NCBI GenBank assembly: GCA_020352775.1
Contig: CP070684.1
Span: forward strand, 968,653-1,032,652
Source of the DNA: Candidatus Omnitrophota bacterium
GTDB lineage: Bacteria; Omnitrophota; Gorgyraeia; Duberdicusellales; 4484-171
Direction of reading: 5' to 3'
Length of the DNA: 64,000 nt
Made by a program: the position numbers and the translations under genes. The notes under the pieces were generated by a model. That model saw nothing but the letters and a program-made list of their open reading frames with translations, was not told where the DNA came from and did no database searches. Each line of letters opens with the position of its first letter. Positions within the stretch are counted from its first letter, which is position 1. Positions 35,352-44,050 of the stretch are shown piece by piece.

Positions 35352-35483
35352 ATGGCTATGGAATATTTTATTAATATATGTGAAGTGCTGATGGGCTTGG
35401 TTGTAGCTATCCTCATTGGTGCGATTATTGTTTTTTCGTTCTTGCTAATTTTCAAAGTCGCCACCTTCGAAAAGGTAATGTGA
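35352..35483 (+). CDS. 43-aa single-TM peptide (not in the ORF track)
   Basis: It encodes MAMEYFINICEVLMGLVVAILIGAIIVFSFLLIFKVATFEKVM. It starts 2 nt after the ATPase stop codon and has no SD. Confidence 0.3.
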   Translation: MAMEYFINICEVLMGLVVAILIGAIIVFSFLLIFKVATFEKVM

Positions 35484-35738
35484 TTATTATCTTGAGTGAA
35501 TTAGGTGGTAATTTTGCAATTCAATTAAAGTCTTAAAGGAAGCAAGAATGGGGAAGGAGTATGTCTTATAGGCTGCGCATGGCTACAGTTATGAAATGCT
35601 GCCTATTTTTATGCTGGGGCATGTTAAAAATCAGTTCCTCACAGCATGATTTATTCACAGATTATTAATCTCACCTTTTAATTTATCCTTCGCATTGCTT
35701 TAAAGTATGATATAATTGGAAAATAAAAAAAGGACCTA

Positions 35739-36419
35739 ATGTCAAAAACATTTTTAATTTTAATCATATCGCTGGTTTTAGCCTCCTCTTGTTACGGCGC
35801 ACCTTGCTATGGGACAAAAATGCCCTTTAAGGGGTATTTTTTTATGGGGGGCCAGACCCACCTTATTTTTGAAAGGCACCTCGAAGATGCGTATGGAGAG
35901 ATGCGAAGCACGCAGCATTTTCTGCTGATTTCATATGGAATTACGGATTGGTTTGTGTTGGATTTAAAGGGAGGTGCAGGAAACATTAAACAACATCCTG
36001 TAGGGTCTGATGAGCTTGATTATCCATCCAGTTTTACCGGAGGATATGGGTTTAGGATAAAGTTATATGAGGATGAAAAGTTTAAGGTCGTATACGGGTT
36101 TCAACATATCAGCGTTCATCCTCGCAGTATTAGAATCAATAATCAGAAAAATACAGCAGTTTTAGATGATTGGCAGACTTCACTTTTAGTTTCTTATGAT
36201 TTTGATAAATTTAATCCTTATTTGGGCCTTAAAGCTTCACGCACCGATTATATCCATTGGATAGAAGATAACCGGAAAAGAAAAATGTCTGACTTAACAG
36301 AAGTGCCGGGCTTAGTGGTAGGCTGTGATTTCCACCTAAACGATACAACATGGCTTAATCTCGAAGGTCAGCTTTTTGATATAGAGGCATTTGCCTTCAG
36401 TATAAATATCGCCCTCTAA
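35739..36419 (+). CDS. Putative outer-membrane beta-barrel protein
   Basis: It has a signal peptide (LVLASSCYG) and an alternating amphipathic beta-strand pattern with aromatic-rich strands. No family was recognised. Confidence 0.45.
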   Translation: MSKTFLILIISLVLASSCYGAPCYGTKMPFKGYFFMGGQTHLIFERHLEDAYGEMRSTQHFLLISYGITDWFVLDLKGGAGNIKQHPVGSDELDYPSSFTGGYGFRIKLYEDEKFKVVYGFQHISVHPRSIRINNQKNTAVLDDWQTSLLVSYDFDKFNPYLGLKASRTDYIHWIEDNRKRKMSDLTEVPGLVVGCDFHLNDTTWLNLEGQLFDIEAFAFSINIAL

Positions 36420-36443
36420 ATTCTCACCCCATTTAAGATTAAT

Positions 36444-36845
36444 ATGGGTAAAAAAGAACTAGATGTTGTTGCAGCTTTAATTGGAAAAGATAATAAGGTT
36501 TTGCTCTGCCAGCGAAAAGAAAACGATCGATACGCTCTTTTGTGGGAATTCCCTGGAGGATGTGTGGAGGAGAGTGAGGATTTTAAAAAAGCGATTGAAA
36601 GAGAAATTCATGAAGAATTAGATTTAGAAGTTGAAGCAGAAAAGCTTATCGAGGAATTTAGAGATGAAGACCAGACTTTAAAAATACATGTTTTTCTTTT
36701 TAAATGTTTAATCAAAAGTGGAGAGCCCCGCGCCAAAGATTGTAAAGATTTTGGTTTTTTTACGCACGCAGAAATTGAGGGGTTGAATCTTGCTCCCGCA
36801 GATAAGAAGATATTTGATCATCTAAAGCAGTTTTGGCGAGGTTAA
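36444..36845 (+). CDS. mutT: NUDIX hydrolase (MutT-like)
   Basis: The Nudix box GGCVEESEDFKKAIEREIHEELDL is present. It is 133 aa. Confidence 0.8.
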   Translation: MGKKELDVVAALIGKDNKVLLCQRKENDRYALLWEFPGGCVEESEDFKKAIEREIHEELDLEVEAEKLIEEFRDEDQTLKIHVFLFKCLIKSGEPRAKDCKDFGFFTHAEIEGLNLAPADKKIFDHLKQFWRG

Positions 36846-36865
36846 GTTTATAAGAGAGCCAGTCT
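36846..36865. repeat. att-like copy 4: GTTTATAAGAG fused to AGCCAGTCT
   Basis: The 10-nt GAGCCAGTCT equals tRNA-Asn 952-961. The 11-mer on its left is identical to 3869-3879, which lies on the right of copy 3. It fills the 18-nt gap between convergent genes. Confidence 0.5.
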
Positions 36866-37541
36866 ATTTTCTTTCTTTTCTTTTTTCGTCAAAATAGTCC
36901 AAGTCCGTAAGAGGAAGTATTACTGAAGTTGCGATGTTGGTTAGGTGTGCTGCTGTGCGTTTAAAATAACGCGCCATGAGGGCAAAACATACCGCTTCAT
37001 TGACTGAAAGGTCGCTTTTTGAAAGCTTTTCAATGGTCTTATCGCATCTTTTTGCTATCTCCCTTTCATAATCCCAGGAGGAAGCAGCTCTTGCTTCGTC
37101 CGATTCAATAAAAGCTTTTTTGGTTTGCTTAAAGAGCTCCAAGATTTCTTCTTCGATATTATTAAATAGATCTATGTATTTATTTTTATCAATCGGCTTT
37201 TCTAAAAACTTGATTACTTCCAGTAGGTTTTTAGCGTAATCCCCTAATCTTTCAGCATCCTTTACCACACTCATTAGTAGTAAAGAGGTAGGAACATCAA
37301 CTGAAGGTTGGATAGAAAGATGCTCAACTACCCTTTTACGAATATCTCTTTCCAGTTCATTTACTTTTCTGTCGATATCATAAATTTTGTCTTCCAATCC
37401 TGCCTCTGGCTCATTATGCAGCAGCCGTCGGCATACAGAAGCAAACATCTCGCGTGTATCATCCAGCATATTCTTGAAATCTTCCAGGACTTGACTTAAA
37501 AAATCTTTTCCTTTCCAGAATTGCAATAGATTTTTAAACAT
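36864..37541 (-). CDS. PhoU-domain protein (Na/Pi cotransporter-associated regulator)
   Basis: Two PhoU-like helical repeats (DAERLGDYAKN, FKRTAAHLTNIA) are present. It lies downstream of the Na/Pi transporter gene. Confidence 0.75.
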   Translation of the reverse strand: MFKNLLQFWKGKDFLSQVLEDFKNMLDDTREMFASVCRRLLHNEPEAGLEDKIYDIDRKVNELERDIRKRVVEHLSIQPSVDVPTSLLLMSVVKDAERLGDYAKNLLEVIKFLEKPIDKNKYIDLFNNIEEEILELFKQTKKAFIESDEARAASSWDYEREIAKRCDKTIEKLSKSDLSVNEAVCFALMARYFKRTAAHLTNIATSVILPLTDLDYFDEKRKERK

Positions 37542-37552
37542 AATTTACCTCC

Positions 37553-38677
37553 TTATTTCAGTAATCTCGTTATTATAATTAGAAATCCCGGTATTATAAA
37601 GAATAAAGTTAACACATATATTATGACATAATGGCGTTTTCTAAATGCAAGATCACCTAAAATTTTTGATAAAGAAGTAGGTATTTTCCTTAGCGTTTTT
37701 ATAGGATAAATAAAACATACTCCTATGGCATTAAAGAGGAAGTGCACAAAAGCAACGGTGATCGCAGCAATATTTCCTGTGGCGAATGAGGCAAGGATAG
37801 CCGTGGTTGTTGTCCCGATATTAGCTCCCATTATGAGAGGAAACATGGTTTCTACCGTTAAGATGCCTGCGGCAATAAGAGGAATCATTAACGCAATAGT
37901 TATTGAGCTGCTTTGTACTACTGAGGTAAAAAATATGCTTACAAAAATAGCTAAGATATTATATTTACCAATGACATTGTTGAGAACGATTTCCGCTCTT
38001 TTTGCTACCAGCGATCTCATTACCTTTACGATGAAATAAAGGGAAACGAATAAGAAGATTAAAGAGATGATTAGCAATACGATATATACTATATTAAGGG
38101 GGATAGCGAATTTCATGACTACTGTTTTTATGAGATGTATCGTTGGCTTTGTGGCTAGTTTTATGGGGCTGGTAAATTTAATCCCTCCAAAGTTAACAAA
38201 TAAATTGCTCATCCAGTGGGCGGTTTTACTTAATATACCAAAGGTGAGTTCCAGGGGAAATAGGATGCAGACACACATGATATTAAAAAAGTCATGAACT
38301 GTGCCGCCGGTTATTGCGCGCCTAAACTCTTCACGCCGGCCAATGTGTCCTAGTGACACCAGTGTGTTTGTTACGGTAGTTCCGATATTTGCGCCCATAA
38401 TTATGGGGATTGCATTGTTGATGGTCATAACCCCAGAGCCCACTATTCCTACTACTACAGAGGTAGTAGTGGATGAGCTTTGGACAAGACTGGTGGCAAA
38501 GATTCCGATAAATAAGCCAATGAAGGGGTTAGAAGTGGTTTTAATTAAGTTTTCAGCAAAATCTTTACCAAATCCTTTAAAGGCAAGACCCATAAGGCCA
38601 ATGCTTACCAGAAATAAATAGACAAAAAGGAGTACAAGGAGGATTTTACAGACACTTTTTGCGCTATGTTCGTGCAT
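37553..38677 (-). CDS. Na+/phosphate cotransporter family protein (NptA/YjbB type)
   Basis: It is polytopic, with the duplicated signature QSSS(T/I)T...GANIGTT in both halves. Confidence 0.85.
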   Translation of the reverse strand: MHEHSAKSVCKILLVLLFVYLFLVSIGLMGLAFKGFGKDFAENLIKTTSNPFIGLFIGIFATSLVQSSSTTTSVVVGIVGSGVMTINNAIPIIMGANIGTTVTNTLVSLGHIGRREEFRRAITGGTVHDFFNIMCVCILFPLELTFGILSKTAHWMSNLFVNFGGIKFTSPIKLATKPTIHLIKTVVMKFAIPLNIVYIVLLIISLIFLFVSLYFIVKVMRSLVAKRAEIVLNNVIGKYNILAIFVSIFFTSVVQSSSITIALMIPLIAAGILTVETMFPLIMGANIGTTTTAILASFATGNIAAITVAFVHFLFNAIGVCFIYPIKTLRKIPTSLSKILGDLAFRKRHYVIIYVLTLFFIIPGFLIIITRLLK

Positions 38678-38816
38678 ATTTTGGTAATTTGGAGGAATGA
38701 CTTACAAATGAAGAAATACTAAGATAGAAGAGGATTATAAATGAAGAGAAATGAAAAGTCAACAGAATAAAAAAGGAATTATTGCTTAAGATTAGTTTTT
38801 AAAGTATAATTGAGCG

Positions 38817-39356
38817 ATGCGCAAACAACTACTTTCCTTATTAAGAAAAGATGCTTATTTTAAAAAGCGAGTGGTGCTTTCTTCGGGCAGGGTAAGTAAT
38901 TTCTATATTGATGTAAGAAGAGTTAGCTTAACATCTAAGGGTATTTATCTTATTTCTCGCCTTATTTGGGATATCATTAAAAAAGATCGTATTAGCGCCG
39001 TAGGAGGGCCTACTTTGGGGGCGGATCCTCTTGTGGCGGGAGTTTGCATGGTGGCTTGGAAAAGCAAAAAGAATTTAAAAAGCTTTCTCGTACGAAAGTC
39101 TCCCAAAAAGCACGGTCGACAGAAATTGATTGAAGGAAAAGAATTAAAACCAGGGGAGAAGGTTGTTGTTGTTGACGATGTTGCCACAAGCGGTGGATCG
39201 CTGATTAAAGCCATAGAAGTACTGAAGCAAGAGAAGGTAAAAGTAATAAAAGCTATTACTGTGGTAGACAGAGAAGAGGGTGCGAAAGAAGCATTGGCTA
39301 GATTAGGTTGTCCTCTGGTATCGCTTTTTAAAAAGGCCGATTTTTTAAAAGATTGA
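38817..39356 (+). CDS. pyrE: Orotate phosphoribosyltransferase
   Basis: The PRPP-binding motif VVVVDDVATSGGS is present. The 179-aa length fits the short PyrE type. Confidence 0.85.
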   Translation: MRKQLLSLLRKDAYFKKRVVLSSGRVSNFYIDVRRVSLTSKGIYLISRLIWDIIKKDRISAVGGPTLGADPLVAGVCMVAWKSKKNLKSFLVRKSPKKHGRQKLIEGKELKPGEKVVVVDDVATSGGSLIKAIEVLKQEKVKVIKAITVVDREEGAKEALARLGCPLVSLFKKADFLKD

Positions 39357-39387
39357 GAATGTTAAAACGGACCCTCGCTGTGGTTCG

Positions 39388-40188
39388 ATGATATATAAAT
39401 ACCTAACCATCCTAAACACATCTTTCCTTAAAATAAGGTATTTTTTATTTTTAGGGATTTTTATCTTGGGGGGATGTTTGAGCACAGAGTATAATGTGGG
39501 AACCCACCGCCAGGATATCTTTTTTTTCTCTACAGTTAAAGAAGTAATCCTGGGGCAGAATATTGCAAAAGAAATCGCTTCAGAATATAAAATTTCTACC
39601 AACCCCTATCATATTGAGAGAATAAATCGAATTGGGCGAAAAATCATCAATGTTTGTGACCGCGAAGAAATAAACTATTACTTTTACGTGATTGAAAAAG
39701 AAGATGAGATGAATGCATTTGCCATTCCCGGCGGTTATGTTTATATATTCGAAGAGCTCTTTGAGATACTTAATGATGATGAGCTTGCTTATGTTCTTGC
39801 GCATGAAGTAGGACATATTGTCAGTCGTCATCTCGTTAAGCGCTTACAAGCTGCCATGGGCTATAATCTTTTGATGATTGCCGCTTCTCAAGCTCCTGCA
39901 GGCCCTGAATTTGTTAGCGGTCTTTCTTTTGCCCTTACTCAGATTTTCTTGGGTTATTCAAGAGAAGATGAATTGAATGCTGATGAATTAGCTATTAAAT
40001 ACTGCAAGCTAGCTGGATTTGATCCTAAAGCCGGCATAACGTCCTTGGATAAAATTTATGAGGAGGATAAAAAAACCATCCGTCCCTTATCTTATTTTAG
40101 AACCCATCCTTATACTGCTCAGCGTATCAGGCATATAAAAGAGGTATTGTATTTGCCTCTTTCGCCTGAGGATTATATGAATTTATAG
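39388..40188 (+). CDS. M48-family zinc metalloprotease lipoprotein
   Basis: It has the lipobox LGGC, the HExxH motif in LAHEVGHIVSRH, and a downstream E in REDELNAD. Confidence 0.8.
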   Translation: MIYKYLTILNTSFLKIRYFLFLGIFILGGCLSTEYNVGTHRQDIFFFSTVKEVILGQNIAKEIASEYKISTNPYHIERINRIGRKIINVCDREEINYYFYVIEKEDEMNAFAIPGGYVYIFEELFEILNDDELAYVLAHEVGHIVSRHLVKRLQAAMGYNLLMIAASQAPAGPEFVSGLSFALTQIFLGYSREDELNADELAIKYCKLAGFDPKAGITSLDKIYEEDKKTIRPLSYFRTHPYTAQRIRHIKEVLYLPLSPEDYMNL

Positions 40189-40194
40189 CCCACC

Positions 40195-40222
40195 ACCTTT
40201 TAAAAACACTAATTTTAAAGGT
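40195..40222. terminator. AT-rich hairpin between convergent genes (possible bidirectional terminator)
   Basis: ACCTTTTAAAA-acactaa-TTTTAAAGGT forms 10 bp with one bulge. Confidence 0.3.
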
Positions 40223-40239
40223 AGGAAAACTTGATGTTT

Positions 40240-41202
40240 CTAAAGGGGAAGAGTGTTTTTAATCACAACCAAAAAGGATAGATTCAAAAAATTATGGATA
40301 GCATGAAGGAATATAGGGGTCAAGATGATTTGTGTTTTTTCATACAGATAGCAAAGGGCAAAACTTAAGATAAGAAGGGGCAAGATATGTATAGTTGCCC
40401 GGTGAACAATAGCAAAAATAAATGAAGTAAAAAGCGTCGAGAGAAAGAAAGAGAATCTCTTTTTCATAAATTTATAAATAAAGGCCCTGAAAAACAGCTC
40501 TTCCGCAATAGGAGCAAAGATCACAATTTCTACCATTAATATAAATATAAAGAATTTATGCTTTAAAAGGAAAAAAAGTCCGATCGCAGGATTTAAGGTG
40601 GGGTGTATACCCAATTTTTCTAAAATAAAAGTATTTAAAAGCAGGGCCAATATAGTTAAAGGAAGCAGGGCAGTATAGATTTTAAGAAGAGAAGGGAAAT
40701 GTACGGTATTAATATTAATACCGAGAGATTGTTTTGGGATAAACATAAAAATTATGATTATTATTCCTATCTCGACAGCAAAATTTAACGATACCGAAAG
40801 ATTAAGAGGGCTTAAAGTTAAAGGGGGGCGGATTAAGAAAATGGTGATAAGATCCACAGCTAAGACGTAGAGTGTAATAAAAAAAAGGAGTTTACTGGCA
40901 TTTGTAGCATCAAGTGGAAACTTTTGTTTGGCCTCTCTTATGTCCAGAAGGGGTTTTCTTGCAAATTTTATAATCGAGAAATGAAAAACGTTTATGATTC
41001 CAATAAAGAAAATGAATGTGTATCCAAAGCCTAGAAGGATAAAAGCGGGGGAGCCAGAGATTTGTTTCAAGCTTTCTTTAGTAAGTTTAAAATCAAACTT
41101 TTCTTCAATGGGGGGTGAAACAAAACTGTGAAGGAGGATAATGCAACTTATACAAAGAAAAGCGAAAAATAAATATTTTTTGTATGAATTGTGGTCAATC
41201 AT
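40240..41202 (-). CDS. CPBP-family intramembrane metalloprotease (CAAX protease-like)
   Basis: Motifs APIAEELFFRAF, FAIVHR and HAIHNF are present. I moved the start to the ATG at 41202 because the longer ORF overlaps tRNA-Ser. Confidence 0.8.
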   Translation of the reverse strand: MIDHNSYKKYLFFAFLCISCIILLHSFVSPPIEEKFDFKLTKESLKQISGSPAFILLGFGYTFIFFIGIINVFHFSIIKFARKPLLDIREAKQKFPLDATNASKLLFFITLYVLAVDLITIFLIRPPLTLSPLNLSVSLNFAVEIGIIIIIFMFIPKQSLGININTVHFPSLLKIYTALLPLTILALLLNTFILEKLGIHPTLNPAIGLFFLLKHKFFIFILMVEIVIFAPIAEELFFRAFIYKFMKKRFSFFLSTLFTSFIFAIVHRATIHILPLLILSFALCYLYEKTQIILTPIFLHAIHNFLNLSFLVVIKNTLPL

Positions 41203-41236
41203 TACGAGAAAAAAATCTCTCGAATTGATAATAACA

Positions 41237-41326
41237 CGGAGAGGGGGAGATTTGAACTCCCGTCCCACCAAAGGCAGGAACCGATTTTCGAGACCGGCGC
41301 CTTAAACCAGGCTCGGCCACCTCTCC
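41237..41326 (-). tRNA. tRNA-Ser(CGA), long variable arm, CCA not encoded
   Basis: On the reverse complement, the acceptor stem GGAGAGG pairs with CCTCTCC, followed by the discriminator G. The anticodon arm is CCGGT-CTCGAAA-ATCGG. There is a 19-nt variable arm, and the T arm is GGGAGTTCAAATCTCCC. Confidence 0.88.
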
Positions 41327-41367
41327 GGCACATTTTGAATAGAAATAATATGTATAGTAAATATTAA

Positions 41368-41452
41368 TGGTGCGCGGGGCGGGAGTTGAACCCGCACGGT
41401 GTTACCCACTAGACCCTGAACCTAGCGCGTCTGCCAATTCCGCCACCCGCGC
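41368..41452 (-). tRNA. tRNA-Leu(CAG), CCA encoded
   Basis: On the reverse complement, the acceptor stem GCGCGGG pairs with CCCGCGC, followed by A and CCA. The anticodon arm is CTAGG-TTCAGGG-TCTAG. It has a long variable arm, and the T arm is GCGGGTTCAACTCCCGC. Confidence 0.88.
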
Positions 41453-41511
41453 ATAATTTGTCTTTGATTTTTTAAACTACTATATTTTATTGTGTTTGTC
41501 AACTAAATAGG

Positions 41512-42480
41512 GTGTGTTATAATCTCTATGTTATGAGTGCGATATCATTTGCAGTATTAAAGCTTTGCCTTATAGCTGTTTTTGGCTTTATTCTCTATCG
41601 AAAGCGGATAGTCGACAGGCGAGTGCTGGATTTCTTAATGCTTTTTGTGATAAATTTCACTATTCCCTGCCTTTTTTTCTCGCGTTTAATCGATAATACC
41701 CAGATTGTGTTATCGCATTCTCTTTGGAACTTTATCTTTTTAAGTATTGTAATATTTCTTTTAGGTTATGGTTTGGGAATTCTGGCCAGCTTAAAGAAAA
41801 GTAAAGCAGTGAGACGAGAATTTGTAAGTATGGTCAGTTTTCAGAATAGCGGTTATCTTCCTATGAATATAGCATTTTTTCTTTTTGCCCCCGGTTTGCG
41901 AGATAAGTTTCTGGTCTATATTATTCTTTATCTTTTAGGGTTTAATATACTTATGTGGTCGATAGGAAGTTTTTTTATTTTTAAAAAGAAAGGTGACCAA
42001 TTCGCGCTTAAATCAGTTTTTACTCCGCCGATACTAGGTACTATCTTTGCGCTTCTTTTTGTTTACACTAATGCTACCCGATTTATTCCTGCTGTGATTC
42101 TGGATCCCATGAGAATGATCGGGGATACTAGTTTTGTGCTTTCAATGCTTGTTTTGGGAAGTTGGCTGGCTCAGATTGATGCCCGTGGCCTACTAAAACG
42201 GCTATCTATTATTAGCGAAGTAAGTTTTTTAAAGCTCATTATTATGCCGGGACTCTTTTTTCTGTTTATCGCGGGAATGAAATTATTTTCTCTTTTAGGG
42301 ATATTTATTCTGATGGAGGCCTCTATGCCTTCTGCGGTTTCTCTGCCGATCGTTGCCCATTTAAGAAAGGCTGACAGCGAGTTTGTCTCGCAAGGAGTGT
42401 TTTTTAGCCATCTTTTGAGCATAGTTACGATTCCTTTCTGGTTGGGTATTTTCTTGAGAATTTCAGGCTTGTCATTTTAA
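41512..42480 (+). CDS. AEC-family (auxin efflux carrier type) permease
   Basis: This polytopic protein has about 10 TM helices with an AEC-like layout. The start is more likely the ATG at 41533. A TATAAT at 41518-41523 would make the mRNA nearly leaderless. Confidence 0.6.
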   Translation: MCYNLYVMSAISFAVLKLCLIAVFGFILYRKRIVDRRVLDFLMLFVINFTIPCLFFSRLIDNTQIVLSHSLWNFIFLSIVIFLLGYGLGILASLKKSKAVRREFVSMVSFQNSGYLPMNIAFFLFAPGLRDKFLVYIILYLLGFNILMWSIGSFFIFKKKGDQFALKSVFTPPILGTIFALLFVYTNATRFIPAVILDPMRMIGDTSFVLSMLVLGSWLAQIDARGLLKRLSIISEVSFLKLIIMPGLFFLFIAGMKLFSLLGIFILMEASMPSAVSLPIVAHLRKADSEFVSQGVFFSHLLSIVTIPFWLGIFLRISGLSF

Positions 42481-42493
42481 TCAGGAGTGAATA

Positions 42494-42952
42494 GTGAAGG
42501 TGGTTGCCACAAATAGGAAAGCGCGGCGCGACTACGAAATCATAGAGACTTATGAAGCCGGTATCGAATTAAGGGGGAGTGAAGTAAAGTCGCTGCGTAC
42601 GCGAAGTTGTTCCATTGAAGAAGGTTTTGTGCGCATTGAGGGTCGTGAGGCATTTCTTTACAACGTGCATATGCCGGAGTTTGAAAAGAGTTCTTATTTT
42701 AAGGCTGATCCTAAAAGGATACGAAAGCTACTTTTACACAAGCGTCAATTAAAGAGATTGTTGGGACTTACTTCTCAGCGAGGTCTTACCATAATTCCTT
42801 TAAAGGTTTATTTCAATAAGCGAGGTTTAGCTAAGATTGAGATTGCACTTGCAAAGGGTAAACGCCTTTATGATAAGAGAAAGAAAATCAAGGAAGAGGT
42901 TGCTAAAAGAGAAACTCAGCGAGCATTAAAGAAATTCCATAAGAAATCTTAA
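42494..42952 (+). CDS. smpB: SsrA-binding protein SmpB
   Basis: NRKARRDYEI...EAGIELRGSEVKSLR and a basic C-terminal tail are present. The start codon is GTG. Confidence 0.92.
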   Translation: MKVVATNRKARRDYEIIETYEAGIELRGSEVKSLRTRSCSIEEGFVRIEGREAFLYNVHMPEFEKSSYFKADPKRIRKLLLHKRQLKRLLGLTSQRGLTIIPLKVYFNKRGLAKIEIALAKGKRLYDKRKKIKEEVAKRETQRALKKFHKKS

Positions 42953-42961
42953 GACCGCACA

Positions 42962-44050
42962 TTAGCGTAGCAGCGCAATTCCGGAAATACCCACCGTAAC
43001 AAAAAATACAGGAGTGACCCACACACTTAAAGCTGGCAGGAGGATGCCGGCTTTACCCAAGGCAATGCCAAAAGAAAAAAGGCAATAATATATAAATCCG
43101 AAAATAAATCCCACCCCTAAAGCCGAAAGTGCGACTTTGCGCTTTTTAATTGCCAGGCATAAAGGAAGAACTCCCACGATGAGGAAGAAATGTGTTAGGG
43201 GATCTGCTATTTTTTGATGAAAGTCAATAGTTAGATTGGAGAGGATGTTTTTGGCGCGCACCTTTTTTAATCTTTCTCTTTCCCATTTAAGGGTTTTGAG
43301 GGAGGAGTACTCAGAAAAAATACTGTGTTTTGTGGCAAGATCTTTAGGTGAGCGGTCTAAATTAATTTCTTTTTCTGGCCAGTGTAGGGGTTTGCCGATT
43401 ATATTGCCCCGTTCATTGAGAGTGTATTCTATCATATCTTTTCCCAGCCATTTTTCTTCCTGATAGGATATTTTTGAACAAACAATTTTTTTAAGGATAT
43501 TGCCTTCTTGGTCTTCCTGAAAAATTGAGACATCATATAGCGTTGCGTCTTTAGGGGAGAACTTGCGTACAAAGAAAATCATATCTTGGGAAGGGAAGGC
43601 GAAATTTCGTTTCTCAGAGCCGCGTGATGTTTTTTTCTTGATGTAGGTCATTTTTATATCTTCGACTTTTTGCTGAGATTTTACAAGCACCTCTTCCTGT
43701 ACAAAAAGGGAGAAAAAAGATATAAACAGAGCAATAAACATTACCGGGAAAGCGATCCTAAAAATGCTAACCCCTGAGGCGCGCATGCTTACAATTTCGT
43801 TGGTTCGGTTCATTTCTCCAAAAGTGTATAACATGCTGATAAGAAGGGCAAGGGAGCTTACTCTCAAAAAAATCAGAGGGATCATAAAAGCATAATATTT
43901 TAAGATGATATATACCGGTGCTTTTGCTTTTAAGATATCAGAGAGGCTGGAGAAAAGGTCGATAATAAAATAAAGCCCTACGAATACCAAAAGGATGAAC
44001 AGGTATCCTGAGATAGTATTTTTAAGAATATACTTATCTAAAATGCGCAT
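42962..44050 (-). CDS. lptG: LPS export ABC permease LptG (YjgP/YjgQ family)
   Basis: It begins MRILDKYILKNT... and has six TM helices and a periplasmic beta-jellyroll insert. It is the second gene of a permease pair. Confidence 0.75.
   Translation of the reverse strand: MRILDKYILKNTISGYLFILLVFVGLYFIIDLFSSLSDILKAKAPVYIILKYYAFMIPLIFLRVSSLALLISMLYTFGEMNRTNEIVSMRASGVSIFRIAFPVMFIALFISFFSLFVQEEVLVKSQQKVEDIKMTYIKKKTSRGSEKRNFAFPSQDMIFFVRKFSPKDATLYDVSIFQEDQEGNILKKIVCSKISYQEEKWLGKDMIEYTLNERGNIIGKPLHWPEKEINLDRSPKDLATKHSIFSEYSSLKTLKWERERLKKVRAKNILSNLTIDFHQKIADPLTHFFLIVGVLPLCLAIKKRKVALSALGVGFIFGFIYYCLFSFGIALGKAGILLPALSVWVTPVFFVTVGISGIALLR

Noticed and set aside
3871-36856. Reading the 33-kb segment between the reciprocal att-like junctions as a prophage or ICE.
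   Set aside because: It has no integrase, capsid, terminase, relaxase or T4SS genes. Its content is core metabolism, a tRNA and envelope genes. I kept the junction signature as a finding but rejected the label of a conventional mobile element.
41203-41271. The N-terminal extension of the CPBP protease ORF (listed start at 41271).
   Set aside because: The extension overlaps tRNA-Ser (41237-41326). An internal ATG at 41202 gives a protein that still contains all the family motifs.
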